Part shown: positions 1-10,811 of the stretch, piece after piece | Layout of the letters: the number at the start of each line of letters is the position of its first letter | Position numbering within the stretch: position 1 is the first letter of the stretch | Made by a program: the position numbers and the translations under genes | Assembly (NCBI GenBank): GCA_963665295.1 | Contig: OY762209.1 | Span: 2,400,001-2,464,000, forward strand | DNA length: 64,000 nucleotides | Source of the DNA: Syntrophorhabdaceae bacterium | GTDB taxonomy: Bacteria; Desulfobacterota; Syntrophorhabdia; Syntrophorhabdales; Syntrophorhabdaceae | Reading direction: 5' to 3' | The notes under the pieces: generated by a model | The model's input: the letters and a program-made list of their open reading frames with translations, nothing else | Databases searched by the model: none | Told to the model about the DNA's origin: nothing

Positions 1-339
1 TTGCGACGGACGATGCTGAAGGAGAACCTGGGTTTGACCGGCACGGAAGTATCTGTCAATCGTTTGCCGGCAGGCGAAAGCCTTCCCTTCGTACATGCCC
101 ACAAAAGGAATGAGGAAGTATATCTTTTCATCAAGGGCAACGGTGTGTTCTGGATTGACGGTGAAACCTTTGACCTTCGCGAAGGGACGACCGTTAAGGT
201 CGCCCCGGCAGGTGGCCGCAGCCTGAAGGCGGGTGAAAATGAAGATCTCTATTATATCTGCATTCAGGCACAGGAACGCTCATTGGTTCAGGCCACACGG
301 GAGGACGGGATAATGGTCGATGCGAAGACCGGCTGGTAG
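1..339 (+). CDS. Cupin-domain protein (probably 5'-truncated by window edge)
   Basis: Cupin motif PFVHAHKRNEEVYLFIKGNG...LREGTTVKVAP. Confidence 0.8.
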   Translation: MRRTMLKENLGLTGTEVSVNRLPAGESLPFVHAHKRNEEVYLFIKGNGVFWIDGETFDLREGTTVKVAPAGGRSLKAGENEDLYYICIQAQERSLVQATREDGIMVDAKTGW

Positions 340-342
340 GGA

Positions 343-597
343 TTGGAAAAGGAAGACATGGGTCAAACCCGTACCGGTTGTTGTGCTACTTTTTGTACCA
401 CCGAAATGTACCCCGGGGGTCTCCAGGATTCCGACGGGAAATACTTCGTAAAAGAACAGATCGCGACGGCAAAGAAAGGGGGCGGTTGGGTGGATTACAA
501 GTTCACCAATCCCGCGACCGGGAAGATCCAGCAGAAGACGAGCTATGTGCAGAAACTGGACGATAACTATTACGCAGGTTGCGGTGCCTTCAAGTAA
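343..597 (+). pseudogene. Fragment of a single Cache-domain protein
   Basis: C-terminal Cache-like motif DSDGKYFVKEQIATAKKGGGWVDYKFTNPATGKIQQKTSYV; no signal peptide and no N-terminal half. Confidence 0.6.
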
Positions 598-1043
598 GGT
601 GGCAGGCAACCGGCTTTTTCCGGCAGGTCCGGGGTGTCGGCTCCGGGCCTGCCACTCTTACAAAGGGCCCCGGCCTATCCGAGCCGGGATCCCTGAAGAG
701 TAAGTACTCTCTCTGAGCCGTAAAACCGGTCCACCATGGTGATATGCTTCCTTAAACAAGGATATCCCGATCCGGCCTGAATGACCTCAAACAAACCGGA
801 AGCAGCACATGATATAGTATGGGGTTGAATCCATACGGTCCGGGGAGTTGAAATCCCGCGGGCAGTCCCTTGGGTTCGCCTCGACCCATGGGTCAGCTTC
901 GTGTTGCTAAATCGGCCTTCTTCTGCTAATCTTTGACGGTCTCCACAATATTGCCCGGTTTGCCCTGCCGTACAGGAAAAGGGACAATCTCAGGCGCAGG
1001 ACAAGGGCAGGTTGAGAGACAAATTCGTAGAGAGAGGATTTTT

Positions 1044-1787
1044 ATGAAGACAATCATGTTGGCTTTGTGTGTTCTATCCCTGGTCTTTTGTTCCTGCGGG
1101 AAAAAGGAGGAGTCCAAAACCATCAGTGTCGCGGTCTGCCCTACGTCGCCCCCGAACATGTTTGAGGAAGACGGACAATTCAAGGGGCTTGATCTGGAAA
1201 TATTCAAGGGGTTCTGCGAGTCCCGGGGCTATAAGTACAAGATCACTGCCTATGACTGGCAGGGCATGCTTGGGGCCATCATATCGGGACAGGCCGATAC
1301 GGCATTTTCCGCCATATCGATCACGGACCAGCGCAAAGAAAAGATGGACTTCTCTCAGCCTTACATGGATAACACGTGGAACCTCGTGAGTCTTAAAAGC
1401 CGGAACATCGTCGTGAAGGACGTGGGCGAATTGAAGAAGTACTCCATCGGGTATCCGAGGGGTATGGCGTACAGCACATTCATCAAGGAAAATCTCGAAC
1501 CCAAAGGGGTGTACCGGTTGAGTGACGTGAAGATGTATCCTACCTACAACGAGGTGATAGCCGATCTGCAGAACGGCAACCTCGATCTCGCCTTCCTTGA
1601 CGGGTCCGTTGCTTCGGTGTACAAGAAGAAGATCCCTGTTCAGGATAGTTACGTCTTCTCGGGATTTGATGTATTCGGCTTTGCCTTTCCCAAGGGCTCG
1701 GCATTGCGATCCGACTTCGACCAATATTTGAAGAAGGACCTGGGACCGGAGAAGCTCAAGGCACTGATAAAGAAGTATATGGAATAG
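1044..1787 (+). CDS. Polar amino-acid ABC transporter substrate-binding lipoprotein
   Basis: Lipobox-like FCSC; SBP_bac_3-like motifs GLDLEI, ITDQRKEKMDFSQPY; ATG at 1044 after GAGAGG. Confidence 0.9.
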   Translation: MKTIMLALCVLSLVFCSCGKKEESKTISVAVCPTSPPNMFEEDGQFKGLDLEIFKGFCESRGYKYKITAYDWQGMLGAIISGQADTAFSAISITDQRKEKMDFSQPYMDNTWNLVSLKSRNIVVKDVGELKKYSIGYPRGMAYSTFIKENLEPKGVYRLSDVKMYPTYNEVIADLQNGNLDLAFLDGSVASVYKKKIPVQDSYVFSGFDVFGFAFPKGSALRSDFDQYLKKDLGPEKLKALIKKYME

Positions 1788-1803
1788 GTCCCCCTTCGAA
1801 CGG

Positions 1804-2457
1804 ATGACATTCGCACGCATATTCCAGGCCCTGGCCATGGGCATAGGTTACACGGTCCTCGTAACCCTCGTCTGCTTCTCCACGGGACTGATAATCGGCC
1901 TTGCTACCGCGCTCATGAGCAGGTTGCGCCGAAGGCCGCTCGATCTCGCGATCCTGACGTTTACCTATGTTTTTCGCGGAGTGCCGGTGCTCGTGCTCCT
2001 TTTCATCGTGTTCTTCGGTCTGCCCATGGTGGGCATCAGGGTATCGTCCATCGTGTCGATGATTCTCAGCCTGGGTTTCATTTCCGGGGCGTACCTGTCG
2101 GAAATTTTCAGAGGCGCAATGAATGCCATAGGCGAGGACGAGATTACCGCGGCCCGGGCCATGGGGATGACCACGGTGCAGATCTTCTTCTATATCGAAT
2201 TCCCCCAGATGTTCAGGTTTTCCATCCCCGGCATGGTTAACGAGTTTACTTCCGTGTTGAAGTATTCACCCTTCGCCTATACGGTGGGGATTCCCGAGAT
2301 CATGAAGGAGGCTATGAGCCTCACTGCGGTGACTTTACGGGGTCTGGAGATTTACGTGGCGGTAGGGATCATGTATTTTGCCATCTACAGGGCCTTCCGC
2401 ACGCTTTTTACAATCGTTGCAAGAAAATATGAGGTTCCCGGGCTCTCCGCGGACTAG
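1804..2457 (+). CDS. Amino-acid ABC transporter permease
   Basis: FRGVPVLVLL, AYLSEIFRG and EAA-like loop (AARAMGMT). Confidence 0.9.
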   Translation: MTFARIFQALAMGIGYTVLVTLVCFSTGLIIGLATALMSRLRRRPLDLAILTFTYVFRGVPVLVLLFIVFFGLPMVGIRVSSIVSMILSLGFISGAYLSEIFRGAMNAIGEDEITAARAMGMTTVQIFFYIEFPQMFRFSIPGMVNEFTSVLKYSPFAYTVGIPEIMKEAMSLTAVTLRGLEIYVAVGIMYFAIYRAFRTLFTIVARKYEVPGLSAD

Positions 2458-2475
2458 ATTGGGATAGATGGTGAA

Positions 2476-3213
2476 ATGGCGCTTATCGAAGTAAAGAATC
2501 TCGTGAAAAAGTTCGGCGCCAATGCGGTGCTGAACGGAGTGAATTTTGAGTTGAACGAGGGTCAGGTGAAGGTGATCATGGGGCCTTCCGGATGCGGAAA
2601 ATCAACCTTGCTCCGGTGTATGAACCTCCTTGAAACACCCACCTCGGGAGAAATTATCTTCAGGGGTGAGGATATTACCAGGCCGGGTGTGGATATTCGC
2701 AGGCTCCGCCAGAGCATCGGGTTTGTGTTTCAACACTTTGCCCTTTACAGGCACCTCACGGTCTTGGAGAACGCGACGCTCGGGCTCCGCAAGATCAAGA
2801 AGATGAGCGTTAAAGAGGCCACTGCAAAGGCATTTCATGAACTCGAACGGGTCGGCATGATGGAACATCGGGATAAATACCCGGCACAGCTTTCCGGTGG
2901 GCAGAAGCAGAGGGCAGCCATCGTGAGGGCCCTGGCAATGGACCCTGTGGTGATGTTCTTCGACGAACCGACATCAGCCCTCGACCCTCAGATGTCGAAG
3001 GAAGTTGTGACGGTGATCAATAAGCTCTTTCTGGATAACGTGACCATGCTCTGCGTCACCCATGACGCCTTTTTGGCAAGATATATCTCGGATCGCGTCC
3101 TCTTTATGGACAAAGGGGTCATTGTTGAGGAAGATATCGCGGAAAGGCTGTTCTATGACCACTCGAATGCCGCCGTCCGGGAGTTCTACCAAACCGTCAT
3201 CGACCTGAAGTGA
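2476..3213 (+). CDS. Amino-acid ABC transporter ATP-binding protein (GlnQ-like)
   Basis: Walker A GPSGCGKS, signature LSGGQKQR, Walker B FFDEPTSALD. Confidence 0.95.
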   Translation: MALIEVKNLVKKFGANAVLNGVNFELNEGQVKVIMGPSGCGKSTLLRCMNLLETPTSGEIIFRGEDITRPGVDIRRLRQSIGFVFQHFALYRHLTVLENATLGLRKIKKMSVKEATAKAFHELERVGMMEHRDKYPAQLSGGQKQRAAIVRALAMDPVVMFFDEPTSALDPQMSKEVVTVINKLFLDNVTMLCVTHDAFLARYISDRVLFMDKGVIVEEDIAERLFYDHSNAAVREFYQTVIDLK

Positions 3214-3217
3214 CAAT

Positions 3218-3883
3218 ATGAACTCCTTTATCCATGATCTCATCGGTTTCCTGCCGCACATGCTTACGGGTCTGAAACATACGGTCCTTCTCATGGCCAT
3301 CATCTCCGTTACGGGCTTTTTTGGCGGTCTCGTCGTGTTTTTCCTGAAAGTGAACGGCAATCGCCTGTGCCGTGCAGTGATGGACCGTTACATCTCGTTT
3401 TTTATAGGCACTCCCTTACTGGTCCACCTGTTTCTTATGTATTATGGACTCCCTGAGATGGGTATTCGCATGTCCCCGCTGGTCATATCGGTTATCGGCT
3501 TCACTTTGAATGTCTCCGCTTACAACGCCCACTATCTCATGTCCGCGTACCAGGGCCTCGACCGCATGGAATTCGAGGCGGCGAGAGCGCAGGGGTTCAC
3601 GTCATCGGAGATATTCCGCTCCATCGTCCTTCCTCAGACGATCCGGTTTTCCATACCCTCGTTGACCAACCAGGTCATACAAAACCTGAAGGACACATCG
3701 GTAGCCTTTCTTATTCAGTACCAGGATTTTTTTGTGACAGTCCAGGAATTTGCAGCCACCAATTTTGAATTCTTCAAGGCCTATGTGATGGCCGGTCTCG
3801 TCTATCTTGTGATGGTTTCGTGTGTCGTCTTCATCGCCCGGATCGTGGAACGACGGATATTTCTTCCGGGGTTCGGCCGGTGA
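3218..3883 (+). CDS. Amino-acid ABC transporter permease
   Basis: GTPLLVHL, EAARAQGF, LKDTS motifs. Confidence 0.9.
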   Translation: MNSFIHDLIGFLPHMLTGLKHTVLLMAIISVTGFFGGLVVFFLKVNGNRLCRAVMDRYISFFIGTPLLVHLFLMYYGLPEMGIRMSPLVISVIGFTLNVSAYNAHYLMSAYQGLDRMEFEAARAQGFTSSEIFRSIVLPQTIRFSIPSLTNQVIQNLKDTSVAFLIQYQDFFVTVQEFAATNFEFFKAYVMAGLVYLVMVSCVVFIARIVERRIFLPGFGR

Positions 3884-3920
3884 GGCCGTAGTTAAGGTCC
3901 GTATGTGCTCCCCGCAGCCT

Positions 3921-4412
3921 TCACTCATCTTTGTGTTCAATCACATACTTGAGCAGGATATCGTCCGTCATTTTGAGTCTGCGGGCAATATCCCGGGCTA
4001 TGTTCATCATCAGGAGGGCGAACAATTCAATATCCTCTTCGTGCAGCGCGAGAAGGGCCTGCCTTGAGAGAACCATGATCTCGCTGTCCTCGGCTGCCAC
4101 CGCGGTCACCATGTGGGTCTGCATGGCCATCAATGCAGCGATGCCGAAAGACCCGCCGGTTCTTACCGTCTCCTTGCGAAAGGTGACGTCCCCCTCTGAG
4201 GCCAGAAGATCGATTGCCCCGCTCTTTACAATGTAAACGTGTGTAGGCTGGTCCCCCTTGCGGAAGACATATTCACCCTTCCTGAAGGTGCCGACCTCCA
4301 ACTGCCTGTAAATCTTCTCCTGTTGTTCGTTCGTCAGGCCTCCCCAGACCGAAATCCGGGACAGGACCGCGATTACGGAGTCAACATCTTTCAGAGGAGC
4401 GTATGCGGTCAT
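3921..4412 (-). CDS. Cyclic-nucleotide-binding domain protein
   Basis: cNMP fold pattern FRKGEYVFRKGD...YIVKSG...GGSFG...TAVAAEDSEI; no HTH. Confidence 0.8.
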   Translation of the reverse strand: MTAYAPLKDVDSVIAVLSRISVWGGLTNEQQEKIYRQLEVGTFRKGEYVFRKGDQPTHVYIVKSGAIDLLASEGDVTFRKETVRTGGSFGIAALMAMQTHMVTAVAAEDSEIMVLSRQALLALHEEDIELFALLMMNIARDIARRLKMTDDILLKYVIEHKDE

Positions 4413-4738
4413 AATCCTTCTCCATCACGATCCTTCGATTGGGTCTCATGGCCGGTCCATGGTGAATCCGGCTTCAAGGCGCACCACATAAAGATGTCGG
4501 CGCCGCCCGGATAAGGAGCCGATCGTGTCCTATCATCATTTTAGCACGTAGGAACGATAAGTGAACAGTCATGTGGCATTGTCCCGTTTTTTTTCGGGGA
4601 AATTGCCGGTTTGAGAAGCAATGAAAGTTGAGATGCGGCAGTCGGTCATGTCCACCCGGGGCCGTGACGAGGAACCATTGACAACCCATGTCCTGACCCT
4701 GTAAATTGCTGAGAACACATTGAGTCTGCGAAGAGGTT

Positions 4739-5908
4739 ATGCTGATGATGAAAGGGAAGGAATTGTCTTACGAGATCGGGCCTATCAGGCCGCCCAGCGA
4801 AGCCTATAGCCTCCTGGTGCGATTTACCCGGAACTGCCCGTGGAACAGGTGTGCATTCTGCAATCTTTACAAGAGGACAAGGTTTCAGAAGAGAACAATT
4901 GAAGAAATCAAGCAGGATATTGACACAATAAAGGGCATCCATGACCACATCAGGGACATGTCGCTCGCAAGGGGCTGGGGCGGCCGCACTACCCGATCCC
5001 TGGCGCAGGAAATATGTTCAAACAGCGCCATGAATGAATGTTACAGGAGCGTTGCCGTCTGGATGTATTTCGGCGGCAAAAATGTTTTTATTCAGGACGC
5101 CCATTCCCTTGCCATGAACCCCGGCAGCTTTCTGGAATGCCTCATGTACCTGAAAGAGACATTTCCCCGCATCGACCGGATAACCTCGTATGCCCGGGCG
5201 CGGACCATATCGGAGAGGCTGTCCGTTGAGGATCTGGTAAAAATGAGGAGGGCGGGGCTTACAAGACTGCACATCGGTTTTGAATCAGGAAGCGACAAAG
5301 TGCTCGCGTTCATGAAGAAGGGCGTCACAAAGGCCCAGCAGATCGAATGCGGGCAGAAGGTGAAGGCGTCAGGGATTGAACTGTCCGAGTATGTCATCCT
5401 CGGCCTGGGCGGAAAGACATGGCGGGAGGAACACGCGTGGGAGAGTGCCTATGCGATCAACCGCATCGATCCCGATTATATTCGGATGAGGACCCTGGAA
5501 GTGAGCAAACATATGCCCCTCTATGAAAAGATCCGAAGCGGTGAATTTCTCATCCCCGACCCGGAGGGCCTGCTCCATGAGGAACGTCTCTTCATAGAGA
5601 GCCTGATGGATATTTCGAGCATCGTAAAGAGCGACCACATAGGGAACCTTCTTGAGGAAGTAGATGGCCGGCTGCCCGGGGATAAGGGGAAGATCCTTTC
5701 CGTGATCGACCGTTACTTTGAGTTGAATGAGGAAGAGAGGGGGGTTTTCCGGTTCGGCCGGAGACTGGGGGCGTTGAGGAGCACTGATGATCTTTGCGAT
5801 ATGTCCCTCTACGACCGCATAAAGAAGACCATGGAAGAGATGGAATCAAAGGCGCCGGGGAGCGTCGAGAAGGCTGTCTCCCCCTTTCCTGGAGATGATA
5901 TGAACTGA
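4739..5908 (+). CDS. Radical SAM protein
   Basis: CxxxCxxC motif CPWNRCAFC; GPIRPPSEA N-terminus; GFESGSD. Confidence 0.9.
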   Translation: MLMMKGKELSYEIGPIRPPSEAYSLLVRFTRNCPWNRCAFCNLYKRTRFQKRTIEEIKQDIDTIKGIHDHIRDMSLARGWGGRTTRSLAQEICSNSAMNECYRSVAVWMYFGGKNVFIQDAHSLAMNPGSFLECLMYLKETFPRIDRITSYARARTISERLSVEDLVKMRRAGLTRLHIGFESGSDKVLAFMKKGVTKAQQIECGQKVKASGIELSEYVILGLGGKTWREEHAWESAYAINRIDPDYIRMRTLEVSKHMPLYEKIRSGEFLIPDPEGLLHEERLFIESLMDISSIVKSDHIGNLLEEVDGRLPGDKGKILSVIDRYFELNEEERGVFRFGRRLGALRSTDDLCDMSLYDRIKKTMEEMESKAPGSVEKAVSPFPGDDMN

Positions 5909-6102
5909 GCAGGAAGGTGCGGGGAATCAACCGGATACGGGGGGAATTACGATTTTGCTTGCAAGTTTTCCTTTCGTGATGAGACTATGTATGCAGGTAA
6001 TGCGGCGCCCGCGGGCGCCGGAACGGGCTATGGGGCCCGTATTTCAGACTGTTCTCGGTGGTGAGGCGTTCTCGCTGCCATGCACGAGCGGGGGGATATG
6101 AT

Positions 6103-6879
6103 ATGAATGATCTGTTGGACTATCCGTTAATTGTTTTCGTGATCTTTTTCTTCGTACTATGGTTTTCGGCTTTGATCGGGGCGTTTCTTTTCAGGGGACG
6201 GGGGAAGAAGGAAGAAAAAAGTGAGGATATCGGCATTGTCCTGGCTGCCACACTGACCCTCCTTGGCCTCATCATCGGATTCAGCTTTTCCATGGCCACA
6301 AACCGATACGATCAGCGGAAGAACTACGAGGAGGCCGAGGCCAACGCAATCGGCACGGAATATGTGCGGGCGGACCTCCTGCCTGCCGCGGACGGCGAAA
6401 AGGTGCGGACCCTCCTTGGGAAGTACCTCGACCAGCGGATCTCGTTTTATTCTACCCGCAATAAGAAGCGCCTTGCCGAGATCAATGCCGATACCCTTCG
6501 GTTGCAGGCCGAATTATGGTCCGCGGTCAAGGGCCCTGCCGCGGCGCAGCCGACGCCCATTGTCGCCCTGGTTGTTTCGGGCATGAACGACGTGCTCAAT
6601 TCGCAAGGATATACCCAGGCCTCCTGGTGGAACCGGATACCCCTCGAGGCATGGGTCCTGATGACGGCCATCGCGATCTGCTGCAACCTGTTAATCGGCT
6701 ATAGCGAGCGGGGCGTCAGAGGCGGGCCCATCCTGCTCCTCATCCTGCCGATCGTTGTGTCCATCTCGTTTTCTCTTATCGCGGACATAGACAGCCCGCG
6801 GGGAGGCGTCATTCGCGTGAGCCCGCAAAACATCATAAGCCTCTCCGACTCCCTCCTTGCCCACCAGGCCCCGCGGTAA
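6103..6879 (+). CDS. Membrane protein, DUF4239/bestrophin-like
   Basis: LLGLIIGFSFSMA..RYDQR..EANAIGT and DIDSPRGG motifs; 4 TM segments. Confidence 0.65.
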   Translation: MNDLLDYPLIVFVIFFFVLWFSALIGAFLFRGRGKKEEKSEDIGIVLAATLTLLGLIIGFSFSMATNRYDQRKNYEEAEANAIGTEYVRADLLPAADGEKVRTLLGKYLDQRISFYSTRNKKRLAEINADTLRLQAELWSAVKGPAAAQPTPIVALVVSGMNDVLNSQGYTQASWWNRIPLEAWVLMTAIAICCNLLIGYSERGVRGGPILLLILPIVVSISFSLIADIDSPRGGVIRVSPQNIISLSDSLLAHQAPR

Positions 6880-6997
6880 CGCGCCGCCCGCAGGACTGTT
6901 TCTTGATATACTTTGGAAAGCATATTACAGTATTATCAGGCCACCGGGCTGCGTGTGCCCGTTTATATGATCGTTCTCTTCATGGGAGGATGGGCGG

Positions 6998-8341
6998 ATG
7001 GGGCGTAACAAGATAAGGGAATTGCCGTTGAGGGCAATCATCATCCCAATCCTCGTGGTTCTCGTTCTCTTGCTCGGAGTGAGCTTCTTCTACATCAAAC
7101 CGTTTCCGCCCGGATCCCTGGTCATGGCCACGGGCATGAAAGGCGGGGCCTTTGCCGTTTTTGGCGAGCGTTACAGACAGATACTGGCCCGCGACAAGAT
7201 CAGCGTCGAATTGCGCCCGTCGTCGGGGGCAGTGGAGAACCTGCGGTTCCTGAAAGATAAAGCCCGGGGCGTTGACGCGGGTTTCGTCCAGGGAGGCATA
7301 GCGAAGGTCGAGGAAACGGCGGACCTCGTTTCTCTCGGCAACCTGACCTACACGCCCCTCTGGGTGTTTTACCGGGGAAATGCGACCCTTGACGATCTGT
7401 CCGATCTCCACGGAAAGAGGATCGCCATCGGCCCCGAGGGGAGCGGCATACGACAGTTCGCCCTTGACCTCTTGAAGACCGCGAACGTAACCGGGCCGCC
7501 CACGGTCTTTCATGAGCTTTCTTACGAGGCTGCCGATAAGGCGATAAAGGAAGGGAGCCTCGATGTGGTCATGGCTTTCGGCGCGGCGGATAACCGGTTT
7601 GTGGTGAGCCTGTTGAACGCGAAGGACCTCAAACTGATGAACTTTGTCCAGGCCGAGGCGTACACAAGGAGGTTTCCGGACCTTGCCCACGTGATCTTGC
7701 CCATGGGCGTCCTTAATCCCTCGAAAAGAGTCCCTTCTTCGGATACCCACCTTCTGTCTCCGAGGGTGGACCTCATTGTGCGCAAGAACCTGCATCCGGC
7801 TCTGGCCTATCTCCTTCTCAAGGCCTCGGTGGAGATTCACGGCGGCGCCGGATGGGTCCATAAGGCGGGGGAGTTCCCGTCCCTCACCAAGCAGGATTTT
7901 GTGATCAGCGACCAGGCCCGGCGGTTTTACAAATCGGGCGGGTCCTTCCTCTATGATTATCTGCCCTTCTGGGCCGCCACATTCGTCGACCGTATGACAC
8001 TGGTGCTGGTCCCCCTTGGCGTGGTCCTCATACCGTTGATCGGGATCATGCCATGGATATATACGTGGCGGAACCGGTCGAAATATTACCGCTGGTACAA
8101 GAAGTTGAGGAGCATCGAGAGGGAGGCGACCCTTTGCACGGAACAGGAAAAGGTGAGGCGCTTGCAGGCCGAGCTCGACGGGATCGAGGAAGCCGTGGGC
8201 AGGATTCGCGTATCCATTGTCTTCTTCGATGAACTTTTCATTTTGAAGGAGCACATACATATGGTCCGCCGTCATCTTTCCCATGCCTTCCGTGCGGCGC
8301 CGGAGGGGTCCGACGACAAGGGCGGCAAAAAGCAGGCATGA
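6998..8341 (+). CDS. TAXI-family TRAP solute-binding protein with C-terminal TM extension
   Basis: MATG..GG, SSGAVENL, GKRIAIGPEGSG motifs. Confidence 0.8.
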   Translation: MGRNKIRELPLRAIIIPILVVLVLLLGVSFFYIKPFPPGSLVMATGMKGGAFAVFGERYRQILARDKISVELRPSSGAVENLRFLKDKARGVDAGFVQGGIAKVEETADLVSLGNLTYTPLWVFYRGNATLDDLSDLHGKRIAIGPEGSGIRQFALDLLKTANVTGPPTVFHELSYEAADKAIKEGSLDVVMAFGAADNRFVVSLLNAKDLKLMNFVQAEAYTRRFPDLAHVILPMGVLNPSKRVPSSDTHLLSPRVDLIVRKNLHPALAYLLLKASVEIHGGAGWVHKAGEFPSLTKQDFVISDQARRFYKSGGSFLYDYLPFWAATFVDRMTLVLVPLGVVLIPLIGIMPWIYTWRNRSKYYRWYKKLRSIEREATLCTEQEKVRRLQAELDGIEEAVGRIRVSIVFFDELFILKEHIHMVRRHLSHAFRAAPEGSDDKGGKKQA

Positions 8342-8480
8342 GGAAGGACAGGCAGCTTTCGCGTCGTCCCCTGGGGCGTCACGTGAAAAGTGGTAACCTC
8401 GGAGAGCCGGACAGCCCCGCGTGGGATATCCTGGTCCGGTAAACCCATTGCAGGGATATTCCTCCCCGACAGGATTGCGC

Positions 8481-9428
8481 GTGGACGAAGGTTTATCAAG
8501 GAAAGGACTGTTTCATTTGTGCATGGTCTATAGTGTCTGGAGCACCACCTACCTGGCCATGCGTGTGGGAGTAGGTTTCTCCAGCGGGTTCCCTCCGTTT
8601 ATGTTCGGTATGTTCCGTATGCCCGTGGCCGCCCTCATCCTCCTCTTGATCGCGCGCATGCAGGGGCTCAAGATGAGACCCACGTCCGCCGAATGGTGGT
8701 CCCTCTGTGTGGCGGGTAACCTCATGTGGGTGGGCGGCCACGGACTGATACTCTGGGCATCCCAGTACGCCGATTCGGGATTCACATGCCTCATGGCCTC
8801 GTCGGCGCCCATCTGGGCCGCCGCTATCGAATTGTTTATATACAAGAAACGTATATCGGTTTCGCTGGTCCTGTCCCTCCTTGTCGGGTTCGGAGGGATG
8901 GCCATTCTCAGTTCAACCTTCCCGGCGAGGAACGGGTCCACCGGCTTCTTCGTGGTCGCGGCCCTCGCACTGGGTCCTCTCGGGTGGGCCCTCGGTTCCA
9001 CATGGCAGGCGCGCCGCGCCGTGAACCTTGCGCCCCAGGTAATGTCCGCGTACCATCACCTGGGGGCCTGCGCGGGTTTCTTCATCGTGGCCATGGCGCT
9101 CAGGGAACCGGTTCCCCATCCCACACTCACCGCGTGGGCCGCCTGGGGATATCTGGTGGTCTTCGGCTCGGTCTTCGCCTTCACCTCCTACGTGATCACC
9201 TTGAAGTTGCTGCCCATCAGCATCGTCATGACCTATGCCTACGTCAACCCGGTGTTGGCCCTGTCCCTTGGCTGGGTGTTTCTCGGGGAGCCCATCACGG
9301 CGAGGACCCTCCTCGGCGCGGGACTGGTCCTAACCAGCGTCTTTGCCATTTTCAACGTGAGGCAGGCCGCGGTTGGGGGAGGCGCCGGGAACCCTCGGCC
9401 CCCGTCCGTACCCACAGGCGGCAGGTGA
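8481..9428 (+). CDS. EamA/DMT family transporter
   Basis: VWSTTYLA, YLVVFGSVFAF, YAYVNPVLA..LG; ~10 TM; start codon uncertain. Confidence 0.85.
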   Translation: MDEGLSRKGLFHLCMVYSVWSTTYLAMRVGVGFSSGFPPFMFGMFRMPVAALILLLIARMQGLKMRPTSAEWWSLCVAGNLMWVGGHGLILWASQYADSGFTCLMASSAPIWAAAIELFIYKKRISVSLVLSLLVGFGGMAILSSTFPARNGSTGFFVVAALALGPLGWALGSTWQARRAVNLAPQVMSAYHHLGACAGFFIVAMALREPVPHPTLTAWAAWGYLVVFGSVFAFTSYVITLKLLPISIVMTYAYVNPVLALSLGWVFLGEPITARTLLGAGLVLTSVFAIFNVRQAAVGGGAGNPRPPSVPTGGR

Positions 9429-9527
9429 GGGAGGACCCCGTGACGAGGGCAAGGAGGCGACGGCTTTTCGGGCCGGGGCGGTTTAGTGTTGTAACGGGCT
9501 GGTGATTAAGGTTAGTATATAACCCTT

Positions 9528-10700
9528 ATGATCTCTCTTATCGTGAAACAGAACCGTATCGGTCCCATTGTGGGCGGCCATCCTTGGGTATTCTCACAGG
9601 CCCTTGCCTCTTTCCCCGACAACATCCCTGCAGGGGAGCCCGTGACGCTTATGACAGGGAACGGTGACTTCCTCGCCCTCGGATATTTCAGTTCCTATTC
9701 ACAGATTACGGTCCGCATATGGGGCCACGACAAGAATGAACAGGTAGATGACCGCTTCTTCGTGAAGAGGGTTGAACGGGCCTACCGGCTGAGACGGAAG
9801 TACGTGGAGGGGCCGCATACGGACGCCTTCCGTCTGATCAATGCCGAGAACGACCTTCTGCCCGGCCTTATCGTCGATAAGTACGGGGATTACCTGGTGG
9901 TCCAGTTTCACACGAAAGGGATAGAACGCTGGAAAATGCAGATTGTGACGGCCCTCGAAGAAGTCCTGAAGCCAAAGGGCATTTATGAGCGTTCGGACAT
10001 GAGCGCCCGTAAGGTTGAGCAGATGGAGAGCAATACGGGACTCCTCTCAGGGTCGGTGCCGGACCTCATCACCATAAAGGAAAACGGGCTCACGTTCCTC
10101 GTGGACGTAAAGAAAGGACAGAAGACAGGATTCTTCCTCGACCAAAGGGACAAGAGGAACGCCTTTTCCCGTTACACGAAGGGCGCATCGGTGCTCAACT
10201 GTTTTTCCTACACGGGCGGTTTTTCCGTCTACGCCTTGAGAGGAGGGGCTTCGCGAGTGGTGCATGTCGATACCTCCGCACCCGCCCTCGAACTTGCGAA
10301 GGAGAATATCGCCCTCAACGGTTTCAACCTGGAATCCTGCGAGTTTGTGTGCGCCGACGTCAAAGGATATCTGAAAAACCCTCACGAGCAGTTCGACACG
10401 GTGGTGCTCGATCCCCCCGCCTTTGTCAAAGACAGGAAAAAGAAAAAGGAAGGGGTAATAGGGTACAGGGGCATTAATGAATCCGCCCTGAGACTCGTCC
10501 GGGAAGAAGGCATCCTCCTCACCTGTTCGTGTTCGGCCCACCTTACTCCGGAGGAATTCAGGTTCGTCCTTTCCGAGGCAGGGGGAAGGACCAGAAGGAC
10601 CCTTACGCTCCTCGAATCGTATACCCATGGCATCGACCATCCTCTTCTCGTTCCCTTCACTGAAGGTCAATATCTCAAGTGTCTTATTCTCAGCACGTAA
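9528..10700 (+). CDS. rlmI: 23S rRNA m5C1962 methyltransferase (RlmI-like)
   Basis: PUA-like GHPWVF, GQKTGFFLDQR, LNCFSYTGGF, LDPPAF. Confidence 0.85.
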   Translation: MISLIVKQNRIGPIVGGHPWVFSQALASFPDNIPAGEPVTLMTGNGDFLALGYFSSYSQITVRIWGHDKNEQVDDRFFVKRVERAYRLRRKYVEGPHTDAFRLINAENDLLPGLIVDKYGDYLVVQFHTKGIERWKMQIVTALEEVLKPKGIYERSDMSARKVEQMESNTGLLSGSVPDLITIKENGLTFLVDVKKGQKTGFFLDQRDKRNAFSRYTKGASVLNCFSYTGGFSVYALRGGASRVVHVDTSAPALELAKENIALNGFNLESCEFVCADVKGYLKNPHEQFDTVVLDPPAFVKDRKKKKEGVIGYRGINESALRLVREEGILLTCSCSAHLTPEEFRFVLSEAGGRTRRTLTLLESYTHGIDHPLLVPFTEGQYLKCLILST

Positions 10701-10811
10701 GCCTTTAAAAAATAAAGGGATGCGGTGAACCATTGCAAGAAATGGTTTTTTCCCCGTTGTCCCGGTCCGTATTCGTGTATATTATAATTAAATAAACTGC
10801 AGGAGGGGTCT

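Noticed and set aside
6980..8284. Long antisense ORFs such as 6980-8284, 28527-29801 and 27300-28400
   Set aside because: Shadow frames of well-supported genes in GC-rich DNA, with no motifs.
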